A stretch of DNA of 28,773 nucleotides from a virus (Duplodnaviria > Caudoviricetes). The notes below the pieces were generated by a model, which searched no databases, was not told where the DNA came from, and saw nothing but the letters and a program-made list of their open reading frames with translations. The stretch spans positions 1-28,773 of IMG/VR virus record IMGVR_UViG_3300030708_001195; one strand, 5' to 3'. The translations under genes were made by a program, and so were the position numbers. How positions within the stretch are numbered: position 1 is the stretch's first letter; every line of letters begins with the position of its first letter. This document shows positions 1-8,762 of the stretch, piece after piece.

Positions 1-1
1 T

Positions 2-331
2 GACCCCTCATACAACAAGAGAGTCATTGAGGCACATGCCGGTAATGACCGCTCACTTGAACTGGCCCTTGCGGTTGGTCTTTCACCTGATGAGTTCGCT
101 GGTGCATCTCTTTTGATGCGTGAGATAAGCAATCACCCAGCGTGGTATGCTTACCGTAGCCCGCATGGTCTGATGGTGGATTGTATCTATCTCATGGCTA
201 AGAGTGTAGGTATCAAGATTAGTGCGATGAAGATGATTGAACTAACGAAGACCATCTTTGGTGTAAGCACACAACCAATGCCACACAAGTGGAAGCATCA
301 GTTCCCCTCTATCTTGGAGGAATACATATGA
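2..331 (+). CDS. TFIIB/TFB-like cyclin-fold protein, 5'-truncated by the window edge
   Basis: The frame of ORF 113..331 is open back to base 2 (DPSYNKRVIEAHAGNDRSLELALAVGLSPDEF...). GLSPDEFAGASLLMRE...YRSPHGLMVDCIYLMAKSVGIKIS resembles the TFB repeat pattern LGL...A..I...GRSP.G.AAAA.Y.A....G. The stop overlaps the next start (ATGA, 328-331). Confidence 0.55.
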   Translation, partial: DPSYNKRVIEAHAGNDRSLELALAVGLSPDEFAGASLLMREISNHPAWYAYRSPHGLMVDCIYLMAKSVGIKISAMKMIELTKTIFGVSTQPMPHKWKHQFPSILEEYI

Positions 332-1578
332 GATTCGCAGTGCTTGCTGACATACATGAGCGACTAAGGCTCGGTGCAGATAGAGTAGCAACTCTCTCGC
401 GATTGAAAACGAAGAATGATTTTCTGTTGTGTTACGAGTTCTTCTATCCTGATAAGGCAAGGCTCAGTAAGCACGCAGTGACGAAAGGATTAGCAAACGA
501 TGTTGGTATGTTCTTCGCAGTCGTGCAGGATATCCTTCCCGATGAAGAGCCGTGGCTCGCTCTCGCATCAGAGAGTAACACCACTACATCACGTGCGTTG
601 AATGCAGAGGATGTTCTCAACTTGGACTATGACGTTATGACGTTCACTGAAACTGCGAGTCGCTTCGATGAGAAGGAGGCTCGTCTCGCATGGCGTTGGT
701 TGTTGAAGGAGCGACCTGTGATTAGTAAGCGCACGTTCTTTGGTGTGCTCGCACGAATCGAAGGAATCCAACCACACATCCTCAAGCAGAACATGACACG
801 TGATACAATCATCAAGGTCTTCGATGCGCCTGAGAGTATACAGGTATTGGAACATTGGTGGGAGCATCCGAGTATGTTCCCTGCTCCAATGCGATGGAAA
901 CCGTGGACTAAGTTATACCCACCTGAGGAAGAGACAATCGCTGTTATGATACCTGATGGTGATATGTTGTTCACTTGGATGAGTAATGTATACACTCGGA
1001 GCGGAGAGTTTTCAGGAAAACCATTTGGTCAGACCAAACCTTACCTCTTTGAATACGCTGGGGGAAACTTAGTTGATGCTGTAAGACAGCATGAGCCAAA
1101 CGCTCCGTTCTCCAAACGCATGCATCAATTCAATCCTGAAAGTTATGACCTAACAGAACACGGTGCTTGGGAAACCGTCATGCAAAGATTACAGGATGAG
1201 GATGTAAGTGCTATTCGTTTCATTAGACCATCGCAGGTATACACACCTGATGGTATCGGTGGTTACGTGATGTATACTAATCGAACACACGTGTTCCTAT
1301 ACCTACGAGCAATTGATGATAGTCGCCGTTGGACGCTGGCTGCGCTTGACGGTTTAGATGAGCATGTTGATGTCTGTTCACTGGACGGCTCTGAGTTTGA
1401 TACACCTGAGTTAGATGACGATTCATATATTGTCGTGCAAGTAGCAGCGTCTACAGTAGACAAAGATGGTAACATAAACGAAGGGCATATTGTTTCAGTG
1501 CGTCATGATTTGGGGATTGGTGACGTTACACAATATACTGATTTGATAGAGCGGGGGATGGAGTATGCAGATAGATGA
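328..1578 (+). CDS. ATP-dependent DNA ligase-like protein, probably catalytically degenerate
   Basis: Likely start is ATG 328 after GGAGG. MRFAVLADIHERL resembles the ligase N-terminus. PAPMRW, VMIPDG (KxDG position), SAIRFIRPSQVYTP and the C-terminal IVSVRHDLGIGDVTQY follow the order of ligase motifs, but the catalytic Lys is absent. Confidence 0.55.
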   Translation: MRFAVLADIHERLRLGADRVATLSRLKTKNDFLLCYEFFYPDKARLSKHAVTKGLANDVGMFFAVVQDILPDEEPWLALASESNTTTSRALNAEDVLNLDYDVMTFTETASRFDEKEARLAWRWLLKERPVISKRTFFGVLARIEGIQPHILKQNMTRDTIIKVFDAPESIQVLEHWWEHPSMFPAPMRWKPWTKLYPPEEETIAVMIPDGDMLFTWMSNVYTRSGEFSGKPFGQTKPYLFEYAGGNLVDAVRQHEPNAPFSKRMHQFNPESYDLTEHGAWETVMQRLQDEDVSAIRFIRPSQVYTPDGIGGYVMYTNRTHVFLYLRAIDDSRRWTLAALDGLDEHVDVCSLDGSEFDTPELDDDSYIVVQVAASTVDKDGNINEGHIVSVRHDLGIGDVTQYTDLIERGMEYADR

Positions 1579-1984
1579 CGACCGTGACCTATGGTTAGGC
1601 ATGGGCTATGTCCTCGGAGCCATACGCTTTAGCGTGAGTGTCTCTAAATCAAACGACCACAAGAGCGGATTCCGTGTTCGTCTCCGAGTGGGATGGGTGA
1701 AAGAAGAGCCACCACTACGTGTCCTTCGACCTGTCAATCACGTGCTCTCCATGGGTGGTATACAGTATGCTGCTGAGTGGACAAACCAAGCAGAACTTCT
1801 CTACTGGGTTGCGTTCATCAAACGCATGGATGATGCGTATAGCATTCGTCCTATGTTTCATGACCAGCGTGGTTTGCATATGTTCATGTGGGTATTCGAT
1901 AACCCACCTCCCTCTGACTACGAGGAGTTTCTGTCTTGGGCAGAGGCGTTTGATTCAGAAGAAGAGGCTGTAAATCTTGGTTAA
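1565..1984 (+). CDS. LAGLIDADG-fold-like protein lacking the catalytic acidic residue
   Basis: WLGMGYVLGAIRFSVSVSKSNDHKSGFRVRLRVGW parallels the single-motif LAGLIDADG pattern (YLAGFVDGEG.F.V.I.K......G..V.L.F). It overlaps the upstream gene and has a GGAG RBS. Confidence 0.5.
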   Translation: MQIDDDRDLWLGMGYVLGAIRFSVSVSKSNDHKSGFRVRLRVGWVKEEPPLRVLRPVNHVLSMGGIQYAAEWTNQAELLYWVAFIKRMDDAYSIRPMFHDQRGLHMFMWVFDNPPPSDYEEFLSWAEAFDSEEEAVNLG

Positions 1985-1992
1985 TATATAAA
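1985..1992 (+). promoter_or_regulatory. Candidate archaeal TATA box (TATATAAA) upstream of the RFC gene
   Basis: TATATAAA lies in one of the few intergenic gaps and ends 21 nt before ATG 2014, a spacing compatible with an archaeal promoter and a short leader. Confidence 0.45.
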
Positions 1993-2013
1993 GCGACAAT
2001 GGAGAAATGAAAC

Positions 2014-2928
2014 ATGGCAAACGAACCGATGGGGCTGGAGGACATCGCTGGACAAGCAATGTTCGTTAAGGATGCAATGGGCTGGCGAGAGTCAGGTAAT
2101 TGGCCTTCGGCTATTCTACTACATGGTCCTCCGGGGACGGGTAAGACAAGCACTGCTCGTGTGATTGCAAGGGAGATGCTCGGTGAGTTCTTCGACCCTG
2201 TGAACTTTATCATGACCAATGCGAGTGACGAGCGTGGGATTGACTTCGTTCGTAATGACCTCAAGCGTTGGAGCAGTGTAAGAGCGATAGGCGCAGATAG
2301 GAGAGTCATTGTTGCTGATGAGTCAGACGGACTCACTCCCGCAGCACAAGACGCTGCACGACAGATAGTAGAGGAGAACTCTGAAACTACACTATTCATT
2401 TTCACAGCCAACGACTTCTCTAAGATTCGACCAGCAATCAAGAGTCGTTGTTTGGTATACGAGTTTAAGCCCTTGACCCCTGATGAGGGAGCAAGGCGTC
2501 TGTTACAACTATTCCCTGAGTCCGATTATGGACATGATGAGTTCATGTATAGTCAACTCATGTCCGCCACTGGCGGTGATTTACGCTCTGCGATTGCATT
2601 AGTAGAAAGCACTGGTGATTTGAAGAACTACCTTGCAAACGTGGAGGCCCCATCTTCCGCCGCCCTTGCCGCTATCAGCGGTGAGTGGATGGAGATGCGG
2701 CAAACTTTCTACAAGATGCTTGACCGAGGTATGACGCTAAACCAAATCATACGCTCGTTCCATCAGAACATGACGGAGTTCTTTGACATGGATTCTGATA
2801 CGACATTCAAGGTGATGAATGTCCTTGGTGAGATGGTGCCCACCATGTATGAATGGCCCATCGGTTCCTATTCCTTCGTGGACTGCCTCGTTGCGAGGCT
2901 CAAGAAGGAGGTTGAAAAAAATGAGTGA
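2014..2928 (+). CDS. rfcS: Replication factor C small subunit (clamp loader AAA+ ATPase)
   Basis: Walker A GPPGTGKTS, RFC box NASDERGIDFVR, Walker B DESDGLT, QDAARQIVE, the SRC motif (IKSRC) and sensor 2 GDLRSAI are all present. Confidence 0.93.
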   Translation: MANEPMGLEDIAGQAMFVKDAMGWRESGNWPSAILLHGPPGTGKTSTARVIAREMLGEFFDPVNFIMTNASDERGIDFVRNDLKRWSSVRAIGADRRVIVADESDGLTPAAQDAARQIVEENSETTLFIFTANDFSKIRPAIKSRCLVYEFKPLTPDEGARRLLQLFPESDYGHDEFMYSQLMSATGGDLRSAIALVESTGDLKNYLANVEAPSSAALAAISGEWMEMRQTFYKMLDRGMTLNQIIRSFHQNMTEFFDMDSDTTFKVMNVLGEMVPTMYEWPIGSYSFVDCLVARLKKEVEKNE

Positions 2929-4237
2929 AGAAAATATTGATGATGAAAATACCGACACAGGACTTCCACCTAGTGTCGCTGAACGACTGACGAAATACGC
3001 TGAGCGCACTAAGCGTGACGTAGATGATGTGATGACTGAGTTCTTCACATACATCACAAAGGAGCACCTGTGTGAGAATTGGCGTGACGAAGACGAGGAC
3101 TTGCTTGAGGACTGGGCAGAACAGATGCTCATTGAAACACGCAATGTTAGTAGTGGCGGTGGCATGGCGGGACTTGTTCCGTTTGTCGGTTGCTTCGTTG
3201 GAGTAGACCAGTCACAACGTGACCGTAGAGCAAACTTGGTGACTCGTGCTAAGCGTGACTTCACCATGGATGCGAATGCTGCCATCGGTGGTGGACAGAT
3301 TGGTCACTACACGAAGGGAGATGGGGCGTGGATTCTCACCACAAACAACGGTGATAGCACGACGGACATCCCTCTTGATGAGGAGCCTGAGCATTCCTTT
3401 ATCGCAGACGGTGAACGCATCTGTCTACTCGCTAAGAGCGGACGGCCTAAGGGCATGTCCATGATGGGACGGAACTACTACTTCCTTGGCGCGGCTGAGG
3501 AGGACTTCACCAAAGATGGTGCTATCCAAATATGGCGTCTCGACATGCAGGGTGAGGATGCGAATGCAAATGTGCGCATCGGTAAGCCTTGTCGTATCGT
3601 GGCTCGTCCACCAAATGAGAACACCTCTGAGGGATTCAAGGACGTTCTTTCTACGAGCATGGGCACACGCGACAACATCGTCTATACGAGTGACTTCGTT
3701 GATGAAGACAATCGCCATCTGCTTCATGCGTTTAAGATGTGGACAGATACTGAACTACACGACCACTTCGTTCCACTTGAGGAACTAGCAGAGGCATACG
3801 AGTCCAAGAGTCGCACCTTCACCATCAACGGTGAGCAGGGTCGCAGTGGACCGATTGTGTTCGTCAAGGGCACAGTCAACCGTCTTAGCAGTGAGCCTCG
3901 TGATAATCAGTATGATGAAGACAACAGAGGTTACTCTCTTGCTCTGACATCTTCTGCGTTGCAGAGTGAGTATGCTGGCTCTGAGATGAGTGAAGTCATG
4001 TGTTGGATGGGCAGTGCCTGTAACGACTTGACTGACCCGTTCGTGGCCTTCGATGAGTTCGATAACCCGATTCCATATGCAGAGCGTTCAACTGTTCTTG
4101 TGTGTGGTCGTATCGGTATCAAGCGTAAGGACGGTAGCGACATACCCAACCTCAAGGTAATGGGTGTCTTCGCTGACCCACGACGTATCCGACGCCGCCA
4201 AGAAGGTGGAGACACTGGCAGAGGCCAGTTTGAATGA
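2921..4237 (+). CDS. Putative ssDNA-binding (RPA/OB-fold-like) replication protein
   Basis: Likely start is ATG 2921 (MSEENIDD) after GGAGG. The protein is acidic and beta-rich with OB-like segments (IVFVKGTVNRL, STVLVCGRIGIK) and lies between the clamp loader and a RecA-like ATPase. Function is inferred from context. Confidence 0.45.
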   Translation: MSEENIDDENTDTGLPPSVAERLTKYAERTKRDVDDVMTEFFTYITKEHLCENWRDEDEDLLEDWAEQMLIETRNVSSGGGMAGLVPFVGCFVGVDQSQRDRRANLVTRAKRDFTMDANAAIGGGQIGHYTKGDGAWILTTNNGDSTTDIPLDEEPEHSFIADGERICLLAKSGRPKGMSMMGRNYYFLGAAEEDFTKDGAIQIWRLDMQGEDANANVRIGKPCRIVARPPNENTSEGFKDVLSTSMGTRDNIVYTSDFVDEDNRHLLHAFKMWTDTELHDHFVPLEELAEAYESKSRTFTINGEQGRSGPIVFVKGTVNRLSSEPRDNQYDEDNRGYSLALTSSALQSEYAGSEMSEVMCWMGSACNDLTDPFVAFDEFDNPIPYAERSTVLVCGRIGIKRKDGSDIPNLKVMGVFADPRRIRRRQEGGDTGRGQFE

Positions 4238-4247
4238 GGTGTGATGT

Positions 4248-5258
4248 ATGGCAGGATTTGGTAAGACAAAGGAAGCAAAGGCCGAGGCTAAGGAAGAAGA
4301 GAAGGCTGAGGTGCTGGAGGCAACTCCGGCGAACAAGCGCACGGATGACAACCCGTTCGCTGCACTTCGACGTGAACTTCAACTGATGGACCACAGCCCT
4401 CAGACACACATCTTCATGGGTATCGCTGGGCATGACAACACTGGTAAGACAGCAATCGTTACTGATGCGTTCAACAGATGGGTCAACGCTCCTGAACGCT
4501 CTGAGATAGAGCGGGATATGCAGTTGTGGATTCTTGACTTTGAAGGCGGAGGTGCGGCTAACAAGTCAGCATTCCATTCTGATGAAGACCGCATTCGTTG
4601 TTGGGAACCATGGGTTATGTCTCGTGGTGACCGCACTGCATACGACTATCCTGCTACTCACGACCGTGTGATGAGCATCGTTCAGTTCGCAGTAGACATT
4701 GCTCACAAGCAACGTTCCCCTGAGTATGATGGGCCTCGCCTATGGGGATTGCATGTAACTGGTGTTGACCTATGGGACAGCGTGTGTGTAAACTGTATGC
4801 GTATCGTTGACTTGAACATCGCCAAGGATGGTATTGAAGCAGCCGACTGGAACAAGAAGGTCGGTCATCAATGGGACTGGGCAATCCGTAAGACCCGATT
4901 CCATCAACTCACTGGGCTTTGCCGTGCACTTGTTAAAGCAGGTGTGCGAGTGTTTTGGGAGACGCATCTTCGTCTCACCAACTACTCATTCGGTAAGAAT
5001 GAAAACACTGACCCGAAGTGGCGACCTGACTGGGAGAAGGCGAGCAACAACTTCGTCTATCAGATTCTAATCTGTGAGCGTAAGGATACGCTTGATGACG
5101 AGACGGGCGATGTAGTCCGCTCAGAATACACAGTGACTTTCGACAAGAGCAAGACCAATGCTAAGTTGCAAGGTCAGAGAAGAACGACACTCATCACTGA
5201 GGCTGGTAAAGAGCCACAGTGGTTTGGCTTACCGGAGTTATACGACGGGACGCTATGA
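4248..5258 (+). CDS. P-loop NTPase of the RecA/RadA/Sak4-like (AAA_24-type) group, putative recombinase or annealase
   Basis: Walker A GHDNTGKT, followed by WILDFEGG and VFWETH as in phage Sak4/AAA_24 proteins. GAGGTG RBS upstream. Confidence 0.65.
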   Translation: MAGFGKTKEAKAEAKEEEKAEVLEATPANKRTDDNPFAALRRELQLMDHSPQTHIFMGIAGHDNTGKTAIVTDAFNRWVNAPERSEIERDMQLWILDFEGGGAANKSAFHSDEDRIRCWEPWVMSRGDRTAYDYPATHDRVMSIVQFAVDIAHKQRSPEYDGPRLWGLHVTGVDLWDSVCVNCMRIVDLNIAKDGIEAADWNKKVGHQWDWAIRKTRFHQLTGLCRALVKAGVRVFWETHLRLTNYSFGKNENTDPKWRPDWEKASNNFVYQILICERKDTLDDETGDVVRSEYTVTFDKSKTNAKLQGQRRTTLITEAGKEPQWFGLPELYDGTL

Positions 5259-5259
5259 G

Positions 5260-5375
5260 ATACACATGGGGGTTTAGCGGCACAATAAAAACGGGATACA
5301 GCGTTCATTTTTCTATTCCAGAATTAGTCGCAGAGGGGGTTCGTTTCCTCTCGTCCTGTTCCCCCGCCTGTGTAT
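5260..5375 (+). other. Structured intergenic element (candidate ncRNA, regulatory leader or origin)
   Basis: This is the largest non-coding gap in the replication arm. ATACACA(5260-5266)/TGTGTAT(5369-5375) and GGGGG(5268-5272)/CCCCC(5361-5365) can close a long stem around an inner hairpin AGAGGGGG-TTCG-TTTCCTCT (5332-5351). Confidence 0.4.
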
Positions 5376-5391
5376 ACGTTAAGGTGATAAT

Positions 5392-5613
5392 ATGAGTAAA
5401 TGGAAAATATGGAAACGGATTACTGAGGGACCGCCACGTCGCCTACCGATGGCACGCTTGTGTCAATGCGGTGGTATCAAGACACGGCAGACCACATTAC
5501 ACGAGTTCTTTGACTTGACATCAGACCGTCAGGCACGACTACCGGGCTATAAGCCTCCACAACAACGTGTGGGTATGCACAGCAGACCGAGAGATTACAG
5601 GGGGTCATTGTGA
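5392..5613 (+). CDS. Small basic protein with a canonical PIP box (QTTLHEFF)
   Basis: GGTGA RBS before ATG 5392. QTTLHEFF (5488-5511) matches Qxx[LIM]xx[FY][FY]. The stop overlaps the start of the clamp gene. Confidence 0.65.
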   Translation: MSKWKIWKRITEGPPRRLPMARLCQCGGIKTRQTTLHEFFDLTSDRQARLPGYKPPQQRVGMHSRPRDYRGSL

Positions 5614-6386
5614 TGGTTGAGGTCAACATCAAGACCAAGCAAGCACAAAGATTCCTTTCATCATTCGGAAGCAACGTGGATGACTTGAAGGTTACAATCA
5701 AGGATGGTGTTATGGAAGCAAGCATTGCTTTCCAAACCCACTTCTTCAAGAAGAAGCGAGCGATAGAGGACTTCACTGCTCTCAATCCCTCGCAGACAAA
5801 AGCAGACGGTGTGTTGAACATTAGTGAACTCACTAAGGTATGTCAGTTCATCAAGAGTTGTAAGACAGATACAATCAAACTCAAGCAAACTGGGTCGGGT
5901 AAGACGCTCTATGTTATCTCCGGCTCATCGAAGTTACAACTTCCTGTGAGTGCAACAATCATCAGTAGCAGTAAATCTCATCTCGTTGAGAAATTACTTA
6001 CTGCATCTGCTGAGGCGCAGTGGGAATCATTCAACAACAGTGAACTCACAACGAGTGGCTCTGTTACTATCTCTGATGTGCTATCTGTTACGAAGATGAA
6101 AGGTATACTGTCCGCTAATCCATCGTTCAAGGTCACTGGTAATGCTGGTGAGAAGGAGTTCGCTATCTCTGCTGGTAAGACACACGAGGCGCGACTGTTC
6201 ACCACCACTGAACTGGTTGACCCTATCGGTCCTAATGCAAGTGTGCAGTCACACTTCGGCCCGTGGCTTATGGAGTCACTGGGCTTACTGACAGGTGCGA
6301 CTGCCACTGTTCACATGGGTGAGACATCACCTATCATTTTCCGACAGAACGACGACCTTCTCTTAGTGGTAGACCAAAGGGTGTGA
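5610..6386 (+). CDS. pcn: PCNA-like DNA sliding clamp
   Basis: About 257 aa with two alpha/beta repeat halves and a PCNA-like C-terminus (FGPWLMESL...ATVHMGETSPIIFRQ..LLLVV). It lies directly upstream of PolB and near RFC. The sequence is divergent, so the call rests on pattern plus context. Confidence 0.65.
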   Translation: MMVEVNIKTKQAQRFLSSFGSNVDDLKVTIKDGVMEASIAFQTHFFKKKRAIEDFTALNPSQTKADGVLNISELTKVCQFIKSCKTDTIKLKQTGSGKTLYVISGSSKLQLPVSATIISSSKSHLVEKLLTASAEAQWESFNNSELTTSGSVTISDVLSVTKMKGILSANPSFKVTGNAGEKEFAISAGKTHEARLFTTTELVDPIGPNASVQSHFGPWLMESLGLLTGATATVHMGETSPIIFRQNDDLLLVVDQRV

Positions 6387-6390
6387 TTAC

Positions 6391-8757
6391 GTGATTGTGG
6401 ACTGGTTCTACCCTGAGTATTCAGATGACTTCGGGTCGCCGTCTCTGTATCTACGCACACGTGATGCTAATGGTGATGTGCATACTCGTATCATAGAGCC
6501 TGAGGATGATGATTACATTCGTCCCTTCTGCTGGATTCCTGTAGACACTGCCAACTGGCAACTCAATCGACTGACTTCTCGCCACCCATCTGCGCGTGTG
6601 CTTGAGAGTGTTCGGTCGGTTGGTATTGATGGAAGAGAACTGATGAAGTTAGAGGTAGACAAGCCCAATGAACTGTGGGAAATCAAGGAGATGATGCCCA
6701 CATACGAGGCTGACCTCAACTACAAAGAGCAGATTCTACTCCAACTATATCCTGAGAAGATACCTGAGTTCCATCCTCGTGTATGGTTCTTCGACCTTGA
6801 GTGGCAACCTAAGGAGGACTTCACGACAGTCATGGCTGTAGTGGATAGCCACGCCGAGCATCCTATTGTATTTGCATGGAAGCCTGAGATACATACGATG
6901 CAAGTCAACTGGATTGACCGCGAAGGTGGGTATCTACTGCACGAGTTCGGTAGTGAGGAAGCGATGCATGAAGCATTCATTCAACACATGGATGTATGCG
7001 ACCCTGACATCCTCGTCGCTCACGCTATCATGTGGGCTGACCTACCTCACCTAATGCGACGACTGGAAGACCCGCATCGTTTGTCTCCTCTGAATCAAGT
7101 CATTAAGCCGTTCAAGGACGGTGGATACAAAGAGACACAGCAACCCATCAAGGGTCGCCTTTGCTGGGACTCATCGTCTCGTTGGCAGACGGGTAGTGGG
7201 TTTGAGACACTATGGCAGAAGTCAGGGCGTGGGCAACTACCCAACCGGAAGTTGAATACTATCGCTGGTCTGATGGGTCTTGGCTCTAAGTTGACTGATG
7301 AGATTGAAGGTATGACTGTCCATAATGGATGGGAGGATTACTATCCCTTCTTCGTGGATTACTGTCTACGAGATACAACTTTGTTATCTGATATCGCTGA
7401 GCGACTAAACGCGATTGAGTTCTTCGTTGCTATGCAACAACTGTGTGGTGTATCATGGGAGAGCACACACAAGGTTACACGATACTTCCGTGGACTTGTT
7501 GGTCGTCGCACTGAGATGAAGGCGAAGAGTGCAAGCAATGTGAAGCGCGACAAGTTGGTCGCTGCACACATCCCTGACCCAAAGACAGGTCGGCATGAGG
7601 GTGTTGGTTTGTTCGACTACGCCTCTCTATATCCTAACATTATCACAAGTGATAATCTCTGCTTTACTACTAAGCGCTCAGCCCCCGGCCCCGGTATCAA
7701 GACACTGGGTAATGGGACACACTGGGACCAAACCGAGAAGGGTTTGCTTCCCTCTATCGTAGATGAGATGCTTGAACTTAGAAAGGAATACAAGCAGAAG
7801 ATGAGAAACGCTGAGACATCGGAGGAGCGCCTCGGTTACGATATGCTACAGACAGCAGCAAAGGTTGCAGTCAACGCTCTCTATGGTATGTGTGGTATGA
7901 AGTCCGTCCAAGGTATGTGGGTGGAGAACGACATTGCCGCATCTATCACCTTCCGTGGGCGAGAGGCTATTCGTCACTTGCTTACAGAGAGCGAAGAGCA
8001 AGGTTATCACTCGCTATATGGTCATACTGACTCAGCCTTCATTCAAGTTCCGTTCGATGAAGCAGAAGCATTGGCCGAGCATCTCACTAAGACCGCTAAG
8101 GAGATGTTAGACCTTCCTTACATGGATGTTGAACTTGAGGCTTACTTTGATTATTGGACCACTGCTCCTGTGAAGAATCGTTACTTCGGTTACAAGGTGT
8201 GGCCTGAGAGCGACAAGGGGCAACTCAAAGTTACAGGCTATGCTATGAAAGCATCAAGCACAGCGAAGATAACAAAGGAAATACAAGAAACTGCTATGCG
8301 CCTTATCGGACATGGTGCTGAGGAAGAAGAAGTATCATCTGCTCTAAGAGAACTGGCTCTCAAGGTTAAGAGTGGCGAGATACCAATCAACGATGTAGTT
8401 CTCTCTACAAGGCTCACTAAGGAGCCTGATGCTTACGACTCACCCACACCCGGAGCAAAGGCAGCGATGTATTACAATGAGCACCTCGACGGTGAGAAGT
8501 GGCGTCAAGGCGACAGCGTCACATGGACATACATCTCTGACGCGGGTGCTTTACCTGATTACGTTACGATTAACGGTGAGCGTCAACGTGTGCAATTCAT
8601 GGCTTTCCGAGATATTGACGAACTAGGCGGAGCAATTATTGACTGGGAGAAGATTCTCGATGTGCTTGTGAAGTCCAAACTCAAGCGTCTCTACGAGAGC
8701 GTAGGTTGGGACATAGCAACAGCAGCGGGCGACGTGGTGCCACGGGTGTATTGGTGA
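6391..8757 (+). CDS. polB: Family B DNA polymerase with 3'-5' exonuclease domain
   Basis: ExoI FFDLEW, ExoIII YCLRDT, motif A DYASLYPNII, motif B KVAVNALYG, motif C variant YGHTDS, and KNRYFG. No intein is evident. Confidence 0.96.
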   Translation: MIVDWFYPEYSDDFGSPSLYLRTRDANGDVHTRIIEPEDDDYIRPFCWIPVDTANWQLNRLTSRHPSARVLESVRSVGIDGRELMKLEVDKPNELWEIKEMMPTYEADLNYKEQILLQLYPEKIPEFHPRVWFFDLEWQPKEDFTTVMAVVDSHAEHPIVFAWKPEIHTMQVNWIDREGGYLLHEFGSEEAMHEAFIQHMDVCDPDILVAHAIMWADLPHLMRRLEDPHRLSPLNQVIKPFKDGGYKETQQPIKGRLCWDSSSRWQTGSGFETLWQKSGRGQLPNRKLNTIAGLMGLGSKLTDEIEGMTVHNGWEDYYPFFVDYCLRDTTLLSDIAERLNAIEFFVAMQQLCGVSWESTHKVTRYFRGLVGRRTEMKAKSASNVKRDKLVAAHIPDPKTGRHEGVGLFDYASLYPNIITSDNLCFTTKRSAPGPGIKTLGNGTHWDQTEKGLLPSIVDEMLELRKEYKQKMRNAETSEERLGYDMLQTAAKVAVNALYGMCGMKSVQGMWVENDIAASITFRGREAIRHLLTESEEQGYHSLYGHTDSAFIQVPFDEAEALAEHLTKTAKEMLDLPYMDVELEAYFDYWTTAPVKNRYFGYKVWPESDKGQLKVTGYAMKASSTAKITKEIQETAMRLIGHGAEEEEVSSALRELALKVKSGEIPINDVVLSTRLTKEPDAYDSPTPGAKAAMYYNEHLDGEKWRQGDSVTWTYISDAGALPDYVTINGERQRVQFMAFRDIDELGGAIIDWEKILDVLVKSKLKRLYESVGWDIATAAGDVVPRVYW

Positions 8758-8762
8758 TTGAA

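Noticed and set aside
5259-5391. tRNA gene (GGTTCG resembles a T-loop)
   Set aside because: I could not build a cloverleaf with acceptor, D and anticodon arms. It is kept only as a generic structured element.
6391-8757. Intein or split gene in polB, or in the RFC and MCM-like genes
   Set aside because: Lengths and motif spacing are normal, and no C/S...HN-C/S/T intein boundaries were seen.
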